Of a stretch of DNA of 64,000 nucleotides, positions 24,691-35,932 are shown one piece after another. The notes beneath the pieces are model-generated. The model saw only the letters and a program-made list of their open reading frames with translations. It had not been told where the DNA came from and ran no database searches. The position numbers and the translations under genes are program-made. The DNA is from Stegostoma tigrinum (taxonomy: Eukaryota): the NCBI RefSeq assembly GCF_030684315.1, contig NC_081358.1, forward strand, positions 87,694,458-87,758,457, written 5' to 3'. Numbering within the stretch: position 1 is the first letter of the stretch; each line of letters begins with the position of its first letter.

Positions 24691-25902
24691 AATAATTAGG
24701 CCTTTCCTTACCACACAAATTGGTGAAAGTGTGAGCTGAAAGTGCTGAAGGAAGAAGAAGAACATTATGACCTAAGTGGATAAGGCACCATAAAAGTAGT
24801 TCTTTAACCAATCAAATTTGTGGATTGGTAAATAAATACGATTAGGACCAAAAATATGGACGAATTGAAGGGGCTGAATTCAATGTCAAATCAAGTACAG
24901 AAAGATAGATGAAGAGAATGGAAATAAGGATTCGATAAGGAAAGCGACATAGAAAGGGAGAAAGGAATGAAATTTAGAAGTTTCTCAGAAAAATGAAGAC
25001 GTGAAAGTATGAGTTTCAATATTTGTTTTGGTTATTGTTTTGTAGAAGAGAATCTGACAGTTAGTCAATAACACTTACCATGTCATTAAATGGCATCCAT
25101 GCTTTGTAAATGATAAGGCTTAACTTTGTGTGTCACATTTAATGGGCAAAGACAGCAAGTTCATTATAAAGACGGACAGTAAGGACAGGGTGCAATTTTT
25201 GCAGAGTTAATAACAAAGCAGTACAATTTAGTAGCAACATCTATCTATTCACATTTAATTATGTATATATGTCTAGCTTGAAGTTGATGCAGTGTCCCGA
25301 TGAGTAATGGCAGTTTAACTTGTCATGTTCATAACGTCTGACTACTTTTTATCAATTTCAGCTTATTAAAGTGCACTTTCAATCAGCTTCAAATTATAGG
25401 ACAGATGACAAATGAAGCAATGAAATTTCCAGTTAAAACGAGGAAGATTACTTTGTGAAAAACAATGTCAATAAAATTTCAACAATCTTATTTACATTAA
25501 TTGAGTTCTATCAGTTGTTAGCAAAGCTAACCTCAAAGTTCTCAGTTTGCCGATGGTTAGAGTATGTATCGTCTTTTTTGGATGTCTGAATTCTAGGAAA
25601 TGTCAAATAGCCTTATTTATAGCTTAGATAACAGGTGTAGATGGATGACGAGTTAGCCATTCATAGAATCTGACAATATTGATGTAATGAAATGGAGCTA
25701 AGAATTTGGATAAAATTAGATCTTTGTATTATGCCATGAATTAAAGCAACAAAACACAGATTGGCATATATAATGTTTGAGAATGTTATTTATGTTAATG
25801 CTGAAGTGCACAAGAACTGAAATTTGGGGGAGACTTCTTGTATTGTTAAAGGTAACAAAATGATAAGATCATTGTTTATATCTAGGCTTGTTACATACTA
25901 TG

Positions 25903-26122
25903 AGACAACAAGGCGTAGAGCTGGATGAACACAGCAGGTCAAGCAGCATGAGAGAAGCAGGAAAGCTGATGTTTCGGGCCTTAAACCTTCATTCTGAAGA
26001 AGGGTCTAGGCCCAAAATGTCAGCTTTCCTGCTCCTCTGGTGTTGCATTGCCTGCTATGTTCATTCAGCTCTTTTACACCTTGTTATCTCAGATTACCCT
26101 GCGTACGCAGTTCCTACTATCT
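25903..26122. mobile_element. Palindromic PLE pLTR mini-element
   Basis: Inverted tails are fused at ...ccttcatt-ctgaagaagggtctaggccc. TSD CTTGTTACATA(C/T)T(A/G)TG at 25887-25902 and 26123-26138. Confidence 0.88.
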
Positions 26123-27557
26123 CTTGTTACATATTGTGTCCAGAGAAAGGCTTCCACAGTGTTGCAATCCCTCCAATACTGGAACCATCTGAACAAAGTT
26201 GCTAATTATTCCAATAAAGTATTCAAAAGAATAAAGAAATTTCAACAGTTGATATTTCATTGTCCAGAATTGACTCCTTATCACCGTTCACTTTAAGAAT
26301 TTGAATTAAAGAAACATTCAAAGATTGCTGTACTGACTATGAAATTAACTCTAGGCAGGATACATAAGAGCTGATCCAGTGACCTTTCAATTTAGAGCTG
26401 TGTTTGCTCCAGTTCATATTTTTGCCTTCATTATTGTTTAAAGTCTACCCATTCTTTTCCTTCTTATTAACAATTGACTTTATTCATGCCATTTACAAAT
26501 GTTTTTTCAGCTGTGGCTGTTCAGCTGAAATTAATGATAAAATCTTGAGCATACACATTACTGTATTGATATGTTACATCACTGATCTTTCCACTTCCAG
26601 TGCTTTTGAGCTATTCCTTTGTTCTTTCCTCCAAAACAAAAGGTCAATGCCAGCGGTAAAGAAAGTGGATGGCTCTCTACCTAGGACTTTGATCAGTTTT
26701 GTTCTTTCCAAGTGAAGTAATGACTTTTCTCTCCAAAAGGGTCAAGCACAAATATTGGTAGGTTTTAAAACATATGCTACCTCTGTATGCGTCGTTTCCT
26801 GGCATAGTGCACAGGTCAGAGCTGATGAACTGACCTCATAGAAGAATATTCATTTAGTCTGATTGGAATTTTCCAGTGGCCATGTAGCCAGGCAATATTT
26901 GGAAACTCTTGTTGTTCAGTGAAAGTGCTCCAGCCTTTGAGCCAGGAGGTCTGAGTTCAGATGCCACCAACTCTAGAGGTAAGTCAGAACTTGTCTGAAC
27001 AGGTTGATTAGGAAACTACAATTGCATGGAGAATCCTGTCCCCTCTTGGCAGCAGATCAAGGTCTATTGGACTAAGGAGGTTTTGAGACCTTACTTGCTT
27101 GCCTGCGGTGAAGGCTGCTCTGTGAAGAGGTACTCCCTTCATGATATTGCCCCGTCATTTCCGAGGGCAATTTTAGTTTTAAGATTTAAGTATTTGGATA
27201 GAAGGCGTTTCAATCCTGAGGAGCCTTTCAATCAATTAACTGATAGAGCACTCAATTGCTTACTCAGTGGTTGAGTAGCTCCTACTGGTCCTCAAGCTGC
27301 AAGAGTATGTCAGCTTTCCCCAGCTAGATGGTGGGCCTCGCATATGACCATTAATTGCCCAATTTGGAGACTATCATTTATCAAGCAACTGTTTCTCATA
27401 CAGAGCAGACTTCTGACTGCTATCTGACCCTGACGCAGGATCTGCACTTTCATGGGGAATATCCTACCATGAGGCTGTATTCTGGTGAGTAAAACTCAGA
27501 CCACAATGCTTTGTGGGCATTGTAGAAAGTATGAGTGTAAGAAGTATATTGCAAATT

Positions 27558-28790
27558 GATAACGAAGTGTGGAGCTGGATGAACACAGCAGGTCGAGCAG
27601 CATCTTAGGAGCACAAAAGCTGATGTTTTGGGCCTAGACTATTCATCAGAAAAGGGGGATGGGGAGAGGATTCTGAAATAAATAAGGAGAGAGGGGGAAG
27701 CGAACCGAAGATGGATAGAGGAGAAGATAGGTGGAGAGGAGAGTAAATGTAGGGAGGGGATAGGTCAGTCCAGGGAGGACGGACAGGTCAAGGGAGCGGG
27801 ATGAGGTTAATAGGTCGGAAATGGGGGCACAGCTTGAGGTCGGAGGAGTGGATAGGTGAGAGGAAGAACAGGTTAGGGAGGCGGGGACATCCTGGGCTGG
27901 TTTTGGGATGCAGTGGGGGGAGGGGAGATTTTGAAGCTTGTGAAATCCATATTGATACCATTGGGCTGCAGGGTACCCAAGTGGAATATGAGTTGCTGTT
28001 TCTGCAGCCTACGGGTGGCATCATTATGGCACTGCAGGAGGCCCAGGATGGACATGTCATCTAAAGAATGGGAGGGGGAGTGGAAATGCTTTGCGACTGG
28101 GAGGTGCAGTTGTTTATTGCGAACCGAGCATAGGTGTTCTGCAAAGTGGTCCCCAAGCCTCCGCTTGGTTTCCCCAGTGTAGAGGAAGCCACACCGGATT
28201 CAGCCAATGCAGTATACCACATTGACGGATGTGCAGGTGAACATCTGCTAGATGTGGGAAGTCATCTTGGGGCCTGGGATGGGGGTCAGGGAGGAGGTGT
28301 GGGTCAGCTGTAGCACTTCCTATTGTTGCAGGGGAAAGTGCTGGATGTGGTGGAGTTGGGAGGGGAGTGTGGAGCGGACAACGGAGTCACGGAGAGAGTG
28401 GTCTCTCCGGAAGGTAGACAAGGGTGGGGATGGAAAAATGTCTTTGTTGGTGGGGTGGGATTGTAGATGGCGGAAGAGTCGGAGGATGATGTGTTGTATC
28501 CGGAGGTTGGTGGGGTGGTATGTGAGGACAAGGGGGATTCTCTTAGGGTGGTTATTGTGGGGGTGGGGTTGAAGGATGAGTTGCGGGAAATGCTGGAGAC
28601 CCGCCCTTGATCGTGTCTCCATCTATCTTCTCCTCTATCCGTCTTTGGTCTGCCTCTCCCTCTCTCCCTATTTATTTCAGAACCCTCTCCCCATTCCCCT
28701 TTTCTGATGAAGGGTCTAGGCCTGGAACATCAGCTTTTGTGCTCCTAAGATGCTACTTGGCCTGCTGTGTTCATCCAGCACCACACTTTG
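27558..28790 (-). mobile_element. Neptune-type PLE (minus body ~27558-28597) with inverted plus-strand pLTR (~28598-28790)
   Basis: Frameshifted linker/GIY-YIG homology (ORFs 28320..28622 and 27873..28055). Decayed hammerheads at both ends; no clear TSD. Confidence 0.9.
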
Positions 28791-30779
28791 AAATGTATGG
28801 AGAGAACTGAATTGGCTGACTGCTGGATTATGCAATGCTCAGGTCTGTCTTGCCAGGGCTGGTGATAGTGGTGTTTATTTTCAAGGTATGATTCTATGAA
28901 TATGACTGTATTGTTTGACTAGTCCATAAAAGAGCTCTCCAAATTTTGGCACAAGTCCCTGATGTTGGTAAAGAGGATTGACAGGGTTGTCAATTAAGCT
29001 TAGACATTCTCAGCTTTGAATAACCCCCTCAGGATTCTAAACAAATAATTCTGGCTGGAACTTACAAATTAAAACCCTTACACTTAGGTAATCCTTTTCC
29101 ATACCTTTTTGAACGAGCCCCGTTTTTTCAGGCAGAACTGTTTCAGGCACCCAATGTCAACAAGGAGTTCTACGAGTAGAAACTAAAGGTGTTTCTCCTG
29201 AGCTGAAAAGGAAAACATACATAATCCATCTAACTGAAAGCAAGCCAATGCTTCTCAGTATTTGTTCTGTTCAGTCATAAAACTTTCACAATGTAAAAAG
29301 TTCTCATTAGGGCTCACGGAACTAACTGTCTCATACTGGTTTCAAAGGATTATTTCTGCAGAAATACTGACAAGTTAACCTTCGAACCCCCCTCAAACAT
29401 GCAAACTGAAACACACATGCCATTAGGCATTAGTTATGCTCACAATTATATGAAGCAAGGGAAATAAAGCAATTGAATCATCCATATTTATAACAATCTT
29501 TGTGTTTGGAAGAATCTTATGTATTAGCTTACCTTGAATATAATTCTTGGAACATTTGAGATCCTTTCATTCAACCCTTCTATTCACTAATAATTTACAG
29601 TGCAGCCCGATGTCATGCTCAATATCTGGTCTCATCTGCTGCAGATTAAAAGCTTAATTTAAATCACAACATTGTACATTTTCCAAATACCTAAAAAATA
29701 CACTGACTGGAATAATCCCCTACAATGGTTTACTCTGGCAGAGATGATATAAAGGGGATTAATGCCCTATCTAAAATCCCAATAGATCAGTTATGATTAT
29801 GATGGCTAGGATTTTTCATGGCAATGTGACTGACGCATATAAATATATGATTGGCTCTGGATCTGTATAATTAATATAATTAAGAAAGATAAGTTAATAG
29901 ACAGTTTTCAGCCAACTTCACAATGTAAGGGTGCTTAGTTCAAATTTGTTTTTAATCATTCAACTATTAGTGCAGCACCAGCACAGTCTCTTGCAATAGA
30001 TTTGCCATCGCTGAGAAGGAAGGAAAGTTTGTGCCGCAGCATTTAAAGTAATCAATTAATGATATTCGGATCCTTTTAGACATCAATATTCAAGGAACAA
30101 CACAGTATCACTGCAGGGGTGTGATCTGCCAGATAAGCCCAGAAACTCTCTGGTGAATCCTAAGAACCCTGTTGCCTCCTAACAGGGGGCAGAACTGTAA
30201 GATTGGGACTGTTGGCACTGAGGGTTGCAAACTGCATAAGTGATAGTTCAATCAGAATGCAGAGAAGACAAAGTCGGTGAGGATGATCTCCAGTACCTTA
30301 ACAACCAAAAAAAGTTACTAAGAGAGATATCGTTACTTCATTGGATCAGTATAATTCTAAAACGCTAGTTTCATAAACTGAGTAAACGCACATTCTTAGT
30401 ACACACATTTTTAGGTATGGAAAGCCTTTGGAAGTTTTGTGTACATTACTTTTAATTGGGTGCATGGCATGTCAAGGTACAGTTGGAATCCAGTTGCTGT
30501 ACCAATCACAGAGTCTTCACTCTTCTCTTTAAATATTACAATCGTAACAACCAGATATCAAAGAAACGCAATCATGCAAAGGGCAACCCCAACAAATGTT
30601 CAAGCATCACCATTATTTAAAGCTCAACGTCCTCAAAGAATATGTTTTAAAGAGGCAATGTACAAATGTTTTACATGCGGGGAGTCTTCAAACTATTCTC
30701 AAGCCTTTAACATGCTTGCTTGATCCAAAAGAGAAGCTTGACTGTAATTATTATCAGAGTTCAATTTAAGGTTTTAGAG

Positions 30780-31345
30780 TAGATTTGTAGCTTGGGTTGT
30801 GGATGTTATGACTGGTTGGCTCACTGAGCTGGTTTGTTGATCTGTAGACGTTTCATTATCCTGCTTGGTAACATCATCAGAGCAGCTTCCAATGAAGTGC
30901 CTTTGCGTTTTCCTGCCTGTTATTTAAACTCTGGTGTCTGTTGAGCTGGATAACCTCATTTCCAGTTTTCCTTCATAATGGAGTGTATATGGGGTGGAAC
31001 TCTATGTCTTTGTTGATGATTTTCTTTGTGAAGTATCAGTCTTCTAGGAATTCTCTTGCTTGTCTCTGCTTTGTTTGTCCTGGGATCTTGGCGTGTCCCA
31101 AATGAACTGGTAGTTCTCCTTTTCCACGTGGATAGAGATGAATGAGTATTAATCATGTCAGTTTGTAGCCAATTGATGTTTGTGTACCCTTGTTGTTAAT
31201 CTCCTTTCTGTTTGTCCGATGTAATGTTGCTCACAGTCTCTGCTGGGAATTTTGTATATAACATTGGTCCTGTCTATAGTGGGTAGTGGGTCTTAATTTC
31301 GGGTGAGCAGTTGTCGTAGGGTTGATGTGGGTTTGTGTGCAATGT
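30780..31345 (-). mobile_element. Poseidon-type PLE 3' fragment (GIY-YIG + pLTR)
   Basis: The minus strand reads IAHKPTSTLRQLLTRN*DPLPTIDRTNVIYKIPSRDCEQHYIGQTERRLTTRVHKHQLAT and has no Cys knuckle. Confidence 0.85.
30847..30880 (-). ncRNA. Hammerhead motif of the Poseidon-type PLE
   Basis: The minus strand reads CTGATGA-tgttaccaagcaggataat-GAAAC-GTC. Confidence 0.7.
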
Positions 31346-32585
31346 GGTCAATTGTCGAAGAAACACCAACCAGTCCACATGAGAAGACATTTGAAACAAT
31401 AAACAGACAAGCAGAGATTCTGAGAGAGCGCCAACTGCTGTGTGTTTTCTCAAATGGGCAATACATTTAAATTTAGCCCTGATTTCTCTATTGGAGAATG
31501 AGGCAAATAGTTTTCTTGATTTTTTTTACCTTGCATTGGATTAGGGAAAACGGATTGAGTTGAGTGGGACTTGCAAGAAATGTATGGTTATGCTGATGAC
31601 AACCAAAGTATTTCCAAATCTGAATATGACTCTATCTAAACCAGAAATCTAAACCATTAATTCTAAGCCATGAATCTGAGACATAGCTCACTAATTTCAT
31701 CAAATAATTGCAGGATCAATCCACAAACACCAAGTATCAATGCTTAAGGAGTCCATAGAAAGGTGGCAGGGTTTTGCGAGACTGCTAGTGAGCATTAGAA
31801 TCCAAGAGACAGAGAGAGACATTCAATAAGAGCACACAAATGATCATCTTTGCCTGCGGGATCAGCCTCAAAACAGGGGTTGACTTAAAAAAACTAAACT
31901 GACACATAGGTAATTAGAATGGATATAGTTGAAACATTGGATAAGGGTGGGAGTCCACTACCTACATCCACGAGGTTAATGAAATACTAAGATGCCTACA
32001 AGAGCTCTTAATGATATGCGTAACATCCAAAGAGACACCTGACAGTGCTGCATTTCAGATTTGGAACAATACACATTCACAGGATTTCTAAGGCCTGATT
32101 GAGACAATACAGTTATTATGTTTCTTCATTGTCAAATAGAAATGAATGCCGAGAAGTGCTCTCAAAGAGTGTCAATGTGCTAATATTTTCTAATCCTCTG
32201 ACCAATAAGGAAGCCTCAGGCATGAGTATGGTTCTCATTTCCAATGCAAAAGAAAAACTTGAGAAAATGATCCTTTCAGGACTGCTAATTAATTGAAATG
32301 AATCTTACTTTTAATCTCTAATACTTGAGCAGAATCTTTCCACAAGCCAGATTTCTCGATCTTATATCATTTATGCAGCTTCCAATAATAACTTAGAACA
32401 TAAGAGCTCGGAGCAGGAGTGGACAATTCAGTCCTTAGGCCTTACTCAAGAATAAGTGTGAGACCAAGTTGATTATTTGATGTAAAGAGGGGCTATGATG
32501 TCAATAAATGGATATGGACAGTAGATTTTTGTATAGCCACTTGTTGATTAATGTTTTTGTTGAAAAAGAAATGTATTTGAACTGC

Positions 32586-32822
32586 GACAACCAAGTGTAA
32601 AGCTAGATGAACACAGCAGACCAAGCAGCATCCCAAGAGCACAAAAGCTGACGTTTCGGGCCTAGACCCTTCATCAGATTAGATGAAGGGTCTCTCTGAT
32701 GAAGGGTCTAGGCCTGAAACATCAGTTTTTGTGCTCCTGGGATGCTGCTTGGCCTGCTGTGTTCATCCACCTTCACACTTTGTTATCTTGGATTCTCCAG
32801 CATCTGCAGTTCCCATTATCTC
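32586..32822. mobile_element. Palindromic PLE pLTR mini-element with two divergent hammerheads
   Basis: Intact core at 32650-32677 (-) and a variant at 32696-32723 (+), 18 nt apart. Perfect TSD TGTATTTGAACTGC at 32572-32585 and 32823-32836. Confidence 0.92.
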
Positions 32823-33283
32823 TGTATTTGAACTGCATTGTGTAAGCCTAACTTATATTTTGGATGTGGGACAGATTATACAATGTTGACAGAATGACTG
32901 CAGAGGTAATGGATCTGTTGGTGGTCATCCTCCAAAATTCTTCAGATTCTAAAATGATTTCTACAGATTGGAAAGTAGGAAATATAATCCCTTCTTGTTA
33001 AGAAAAGAAGGAGAGAGTAAACGAGGAATTACGGTCCTGATAACCTGATGTCAATCATGGGGAAAATGCTAAAAACAATTCCAAAAATATGATAACTGGA
33101 CTCTTCAAAATTTGTGATGGGATTGGGAAGAGTCAACATAGACATGACAAGGAAATCAACCTTTTGAAAAACCTGTTAGAGTTTTATGTTAAAGGACATA
33201 ACTAGCAGAATAGATCAAGAGATCATCTGATCTCGGATCACATCACTAATCTTGTGTCATGATCCAAGATGTGATCACCAAAA

Positions 33284-34506
33284 TTGTGTTATGATTTGCT
33301 AAGGGACATTATTTTTAATATAGCCAATATATGAGACCCAAGGGACCTACTCAGAGAACGAAGCACAGGTTCTTTGGTTTCAAACAAGCAATAATACTTT
33401 ACTAAGCAAGTTATAACAATGCTACAACCTACAATACATGTATGTTTTAGTTCCCTCTTCAACAATTAACGTGGAGTAAAATTGGATAATAGATTGTGAA
33501 TGAGTATCCTGCAGCACATAGTAAATTACAGTTGCAATCAAGACCAGTTTTGTGGATTTCTTGGAAATTCCCCGAAATTTAACAACACGAAAGTCATCAA
33601 ATCTCACTAAAATTCATAAGGAATTGCAATTCTTCACTTTTGTTAATCTGGTCTTGAAACTCCTTTCCAAGCCATTCTGTCACAGACAACCTGAATGGCT
33701 ACTCCTGCCCTGCACAGTCACCCCCCCTATTCTGGGTGCATGCTCCCTAGAGACTGCAATTACACTACAGAATTCATTCACCAACAGATAGCTTCACAAA
33801 GCCAGTTCTGTGCTTGGCTTTTTCCCTAAATTCCAACCTTGCTCAGTGACATCAGGCAAGCATTCCTTGTGAACTTTGTACCCACTCTCTTAGTTGCACT
33901 GAGCTTAATGCTCACAAACTTAATCCAAGGCCCTTGTATTATCATTCAGAACCTGCCTAATTTCTCAGTTCCCCAGGATTTCCTCTGTGTTCCGACTCCA
34001 ACTCTTAGTTGCCTCTAATTCCCAGAAATTGTGTTCATCCTAACAGCAACTGTTTTTGACTCAATGAGTCCCCTTTTCTTTGTAATTTGACTGCCTTTTC
34101 CAGCAGTACAGCTAACTACTGCACTTCTAAGATGGAGTCTGCCCTATCTCTGACGGATTTCCTCTGTGTTCCGACTCCAACTCTTAGTTGCCTCTAATTC
34201 CCAGAAATTGTGTTCATCCTAACAGCAACTGTTTTTGACTCAATGAGTCCCCTTTTCTTTGTAATTTGACTGCCTTTTCCAGCAGTACAGCTAACTACTG
34301 CACTTCTAAGATGGAGTCTGCCCTATCTCTGACTCCTTCTGATTCACACACTTCATTACCCTATCAATAATATTTTGAACTAGATTTTCATGATTCCTAA
34401 ACTGTCCTATATATCCTACTGAGCCTGACCCCCTTTGCCCAGCAGAGTTGAATCTTGCCACTTAACAACTCTGGAATTGAATGTGCTCTGCATGTTTTCA
34501 TTTCAC
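33284..34506. mobile_element. Possible LTR-like insert within the CR1
   Basis: A ~1.2 kb non-CR1 block that interrupts the CR1 and has TG...CA-type ends (tgtgttatga...tttcaca). Boundaries are uncertain. Confidence 0.35.
33976..34333. repeat. Exact 179-bp direct tandem duplication
   Basis: 33976-34154 equals 34155-34333 (ggatttcctctgtg...ccctatctctgac). Confidence 0.95.
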
Positions 34507-34710
34507 AGAGAACAATAGCTTGCTTAGCTCAAATTAAACATGTGTAAACGGAGGGTACAAGAAGGTGTGTTAGAATTTCACAAGCGTTTCAGAAGGTTTC
34601 CAAATGGAGTCCCACACAGGTAAGCAAAACTAAAGCAAATGGGATTGGAGATAACTTCCTGGCACGCACTGAGAATTAGTTCATGGAAAAGAAACAGAGT
34701 AGGAACAAGT

Positions 34711-35932
34711 TAATAAAATGTGAGGCTGGATGAACACAGCAGGCCAAGCAGCATCTCAGGAGCACAAAAGCTGACGTTTCGGGCCTAGACCCTTCATCAG
34801 AGAGGGGGATGGGGTGAGGGAACTGGAATAAATAGGGAGAGAGGGGGAGGCGGACCGAAGATGGAGAGTAAAGAAGATAGGTGGAGAGAGTATAGGTGGG
34901 GAGGTAGGGAGGGGATAGGTCAGTCCAGGGAAGACAGACAGGTCAAGGAGGTGGGATGAGGTTAGTAGGTAGCTGGGGGTGCGGCTTGGGGTGGGAGGAA
35001 GGGATGGGTGAGAGGAAGAACCGGTTAGGGAGGCAGAGACAGGTTGGACTGGTTTTGGGATGCAGTGGGTGGGGGGGAAGAGCTGGGCTGGTTGTGTGGT
35101 GCAGTGGGGGGAGGGGACGAACTGGGCTGGTTGAGGGATGCAGTAGGGGAAGGGGAGATTTTGAAACTGGTGAAGTCCACATTGATACCATTGGGCTGCA
35201 GGGTTCCCAGGCGGAATATGAGTTGCTGTTCCTGCAACCTTCGGGTGGCATCATTGTGGCACTGCAGGAGGCCCATGATGGACATGTCATCTAGAGAATG
35301 GGAGGGGGAGTGGAAATGGTTTGCGACTGGGAGGTGCAGTTGTTTGTTGCGAACTGAGCGGAGGTGTTCTGCAAAGCGGTCCCCAAGCCTCTGCTTGGTT
35401 TCCCCAATGTAGAGGAAGCCACACCGGGTACAGTGGATGCAGTATACCACATTGGCAGATGTGCAGGTGAACCTCTGCTTAATGTGGAATGTCATCTTGG
35501 GGCCTGGGATAGGGGTGAGGGAGGAGGTGTGGGGACAAGTGTAGCATTTCCTGCGGTTGCAGGGGAAGGTGCCGGGTGTGGTGGGGTTGGAGGGCAGAGT
35601 GGAGCGAACAAGGGAGCCACGGAGAGAGTGGTCTCTCCGGAAAGCAGACAGGGGAGGGGCTGGAAAAATGTCTTGGGTGGTGGGGTCGGATTGTAAATGG
35701 CGGAAGTGTCGGAGGATGATGCGTTGTATCCGGAGGTTGGTGGGGTGGTGTGTGAGAACGAGGGGGATCATCTTAGGGCGGTTGTGGCGGGGGCGGGGTG
35801 TGAGGGATGTGTTGCGGGAAATACGGGAGACGCGGTCAAGGGCGTTCTCGAACACTGTGGGGGGAAAGTTGCGGTCCTTAAAGAACTTGGACATCTGCGA
35901 TGTGCGTGAGTGGAATGTCTTATCGTGGGAGC
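34711..35932 (-). mobile_element. Young 5'-truncated Neptune-type PLE nested in CR1
   Basis: Intact hammerhead at 34773-34800 (-). TSD AGGAACAAGT at 34701-34710 and 35933-35942. Confidence 0.95.
35025..35932 (-). pseudogene. Uninterrupted C-terminal ~300 aa of PLE ORF: thumb, CxxxxCxxC knuckle, GIY-YIG endonuclease, Pro/Ser tail
   Basis: PGTFPCNRRKCYTCPH...NVVYCIHCTRCGFLYIGETKQRLGDRFAEH...RRLQEQQLIFRLGTLQPNGIN. The RT catalytic core is absent (5' truncation), and the ORF-track start lies in flanking DNA. Confidence 0.92.

Noticed and set aside
32586-32822. Interpretation of the palindromes as DNA-transposon MITEs or pre-miRNAs
   Set aside because: The arms match PLE pLTR tails, are unequal in length, and have variable-length (10-16 bp) TSDs, which points to retrotransposition.
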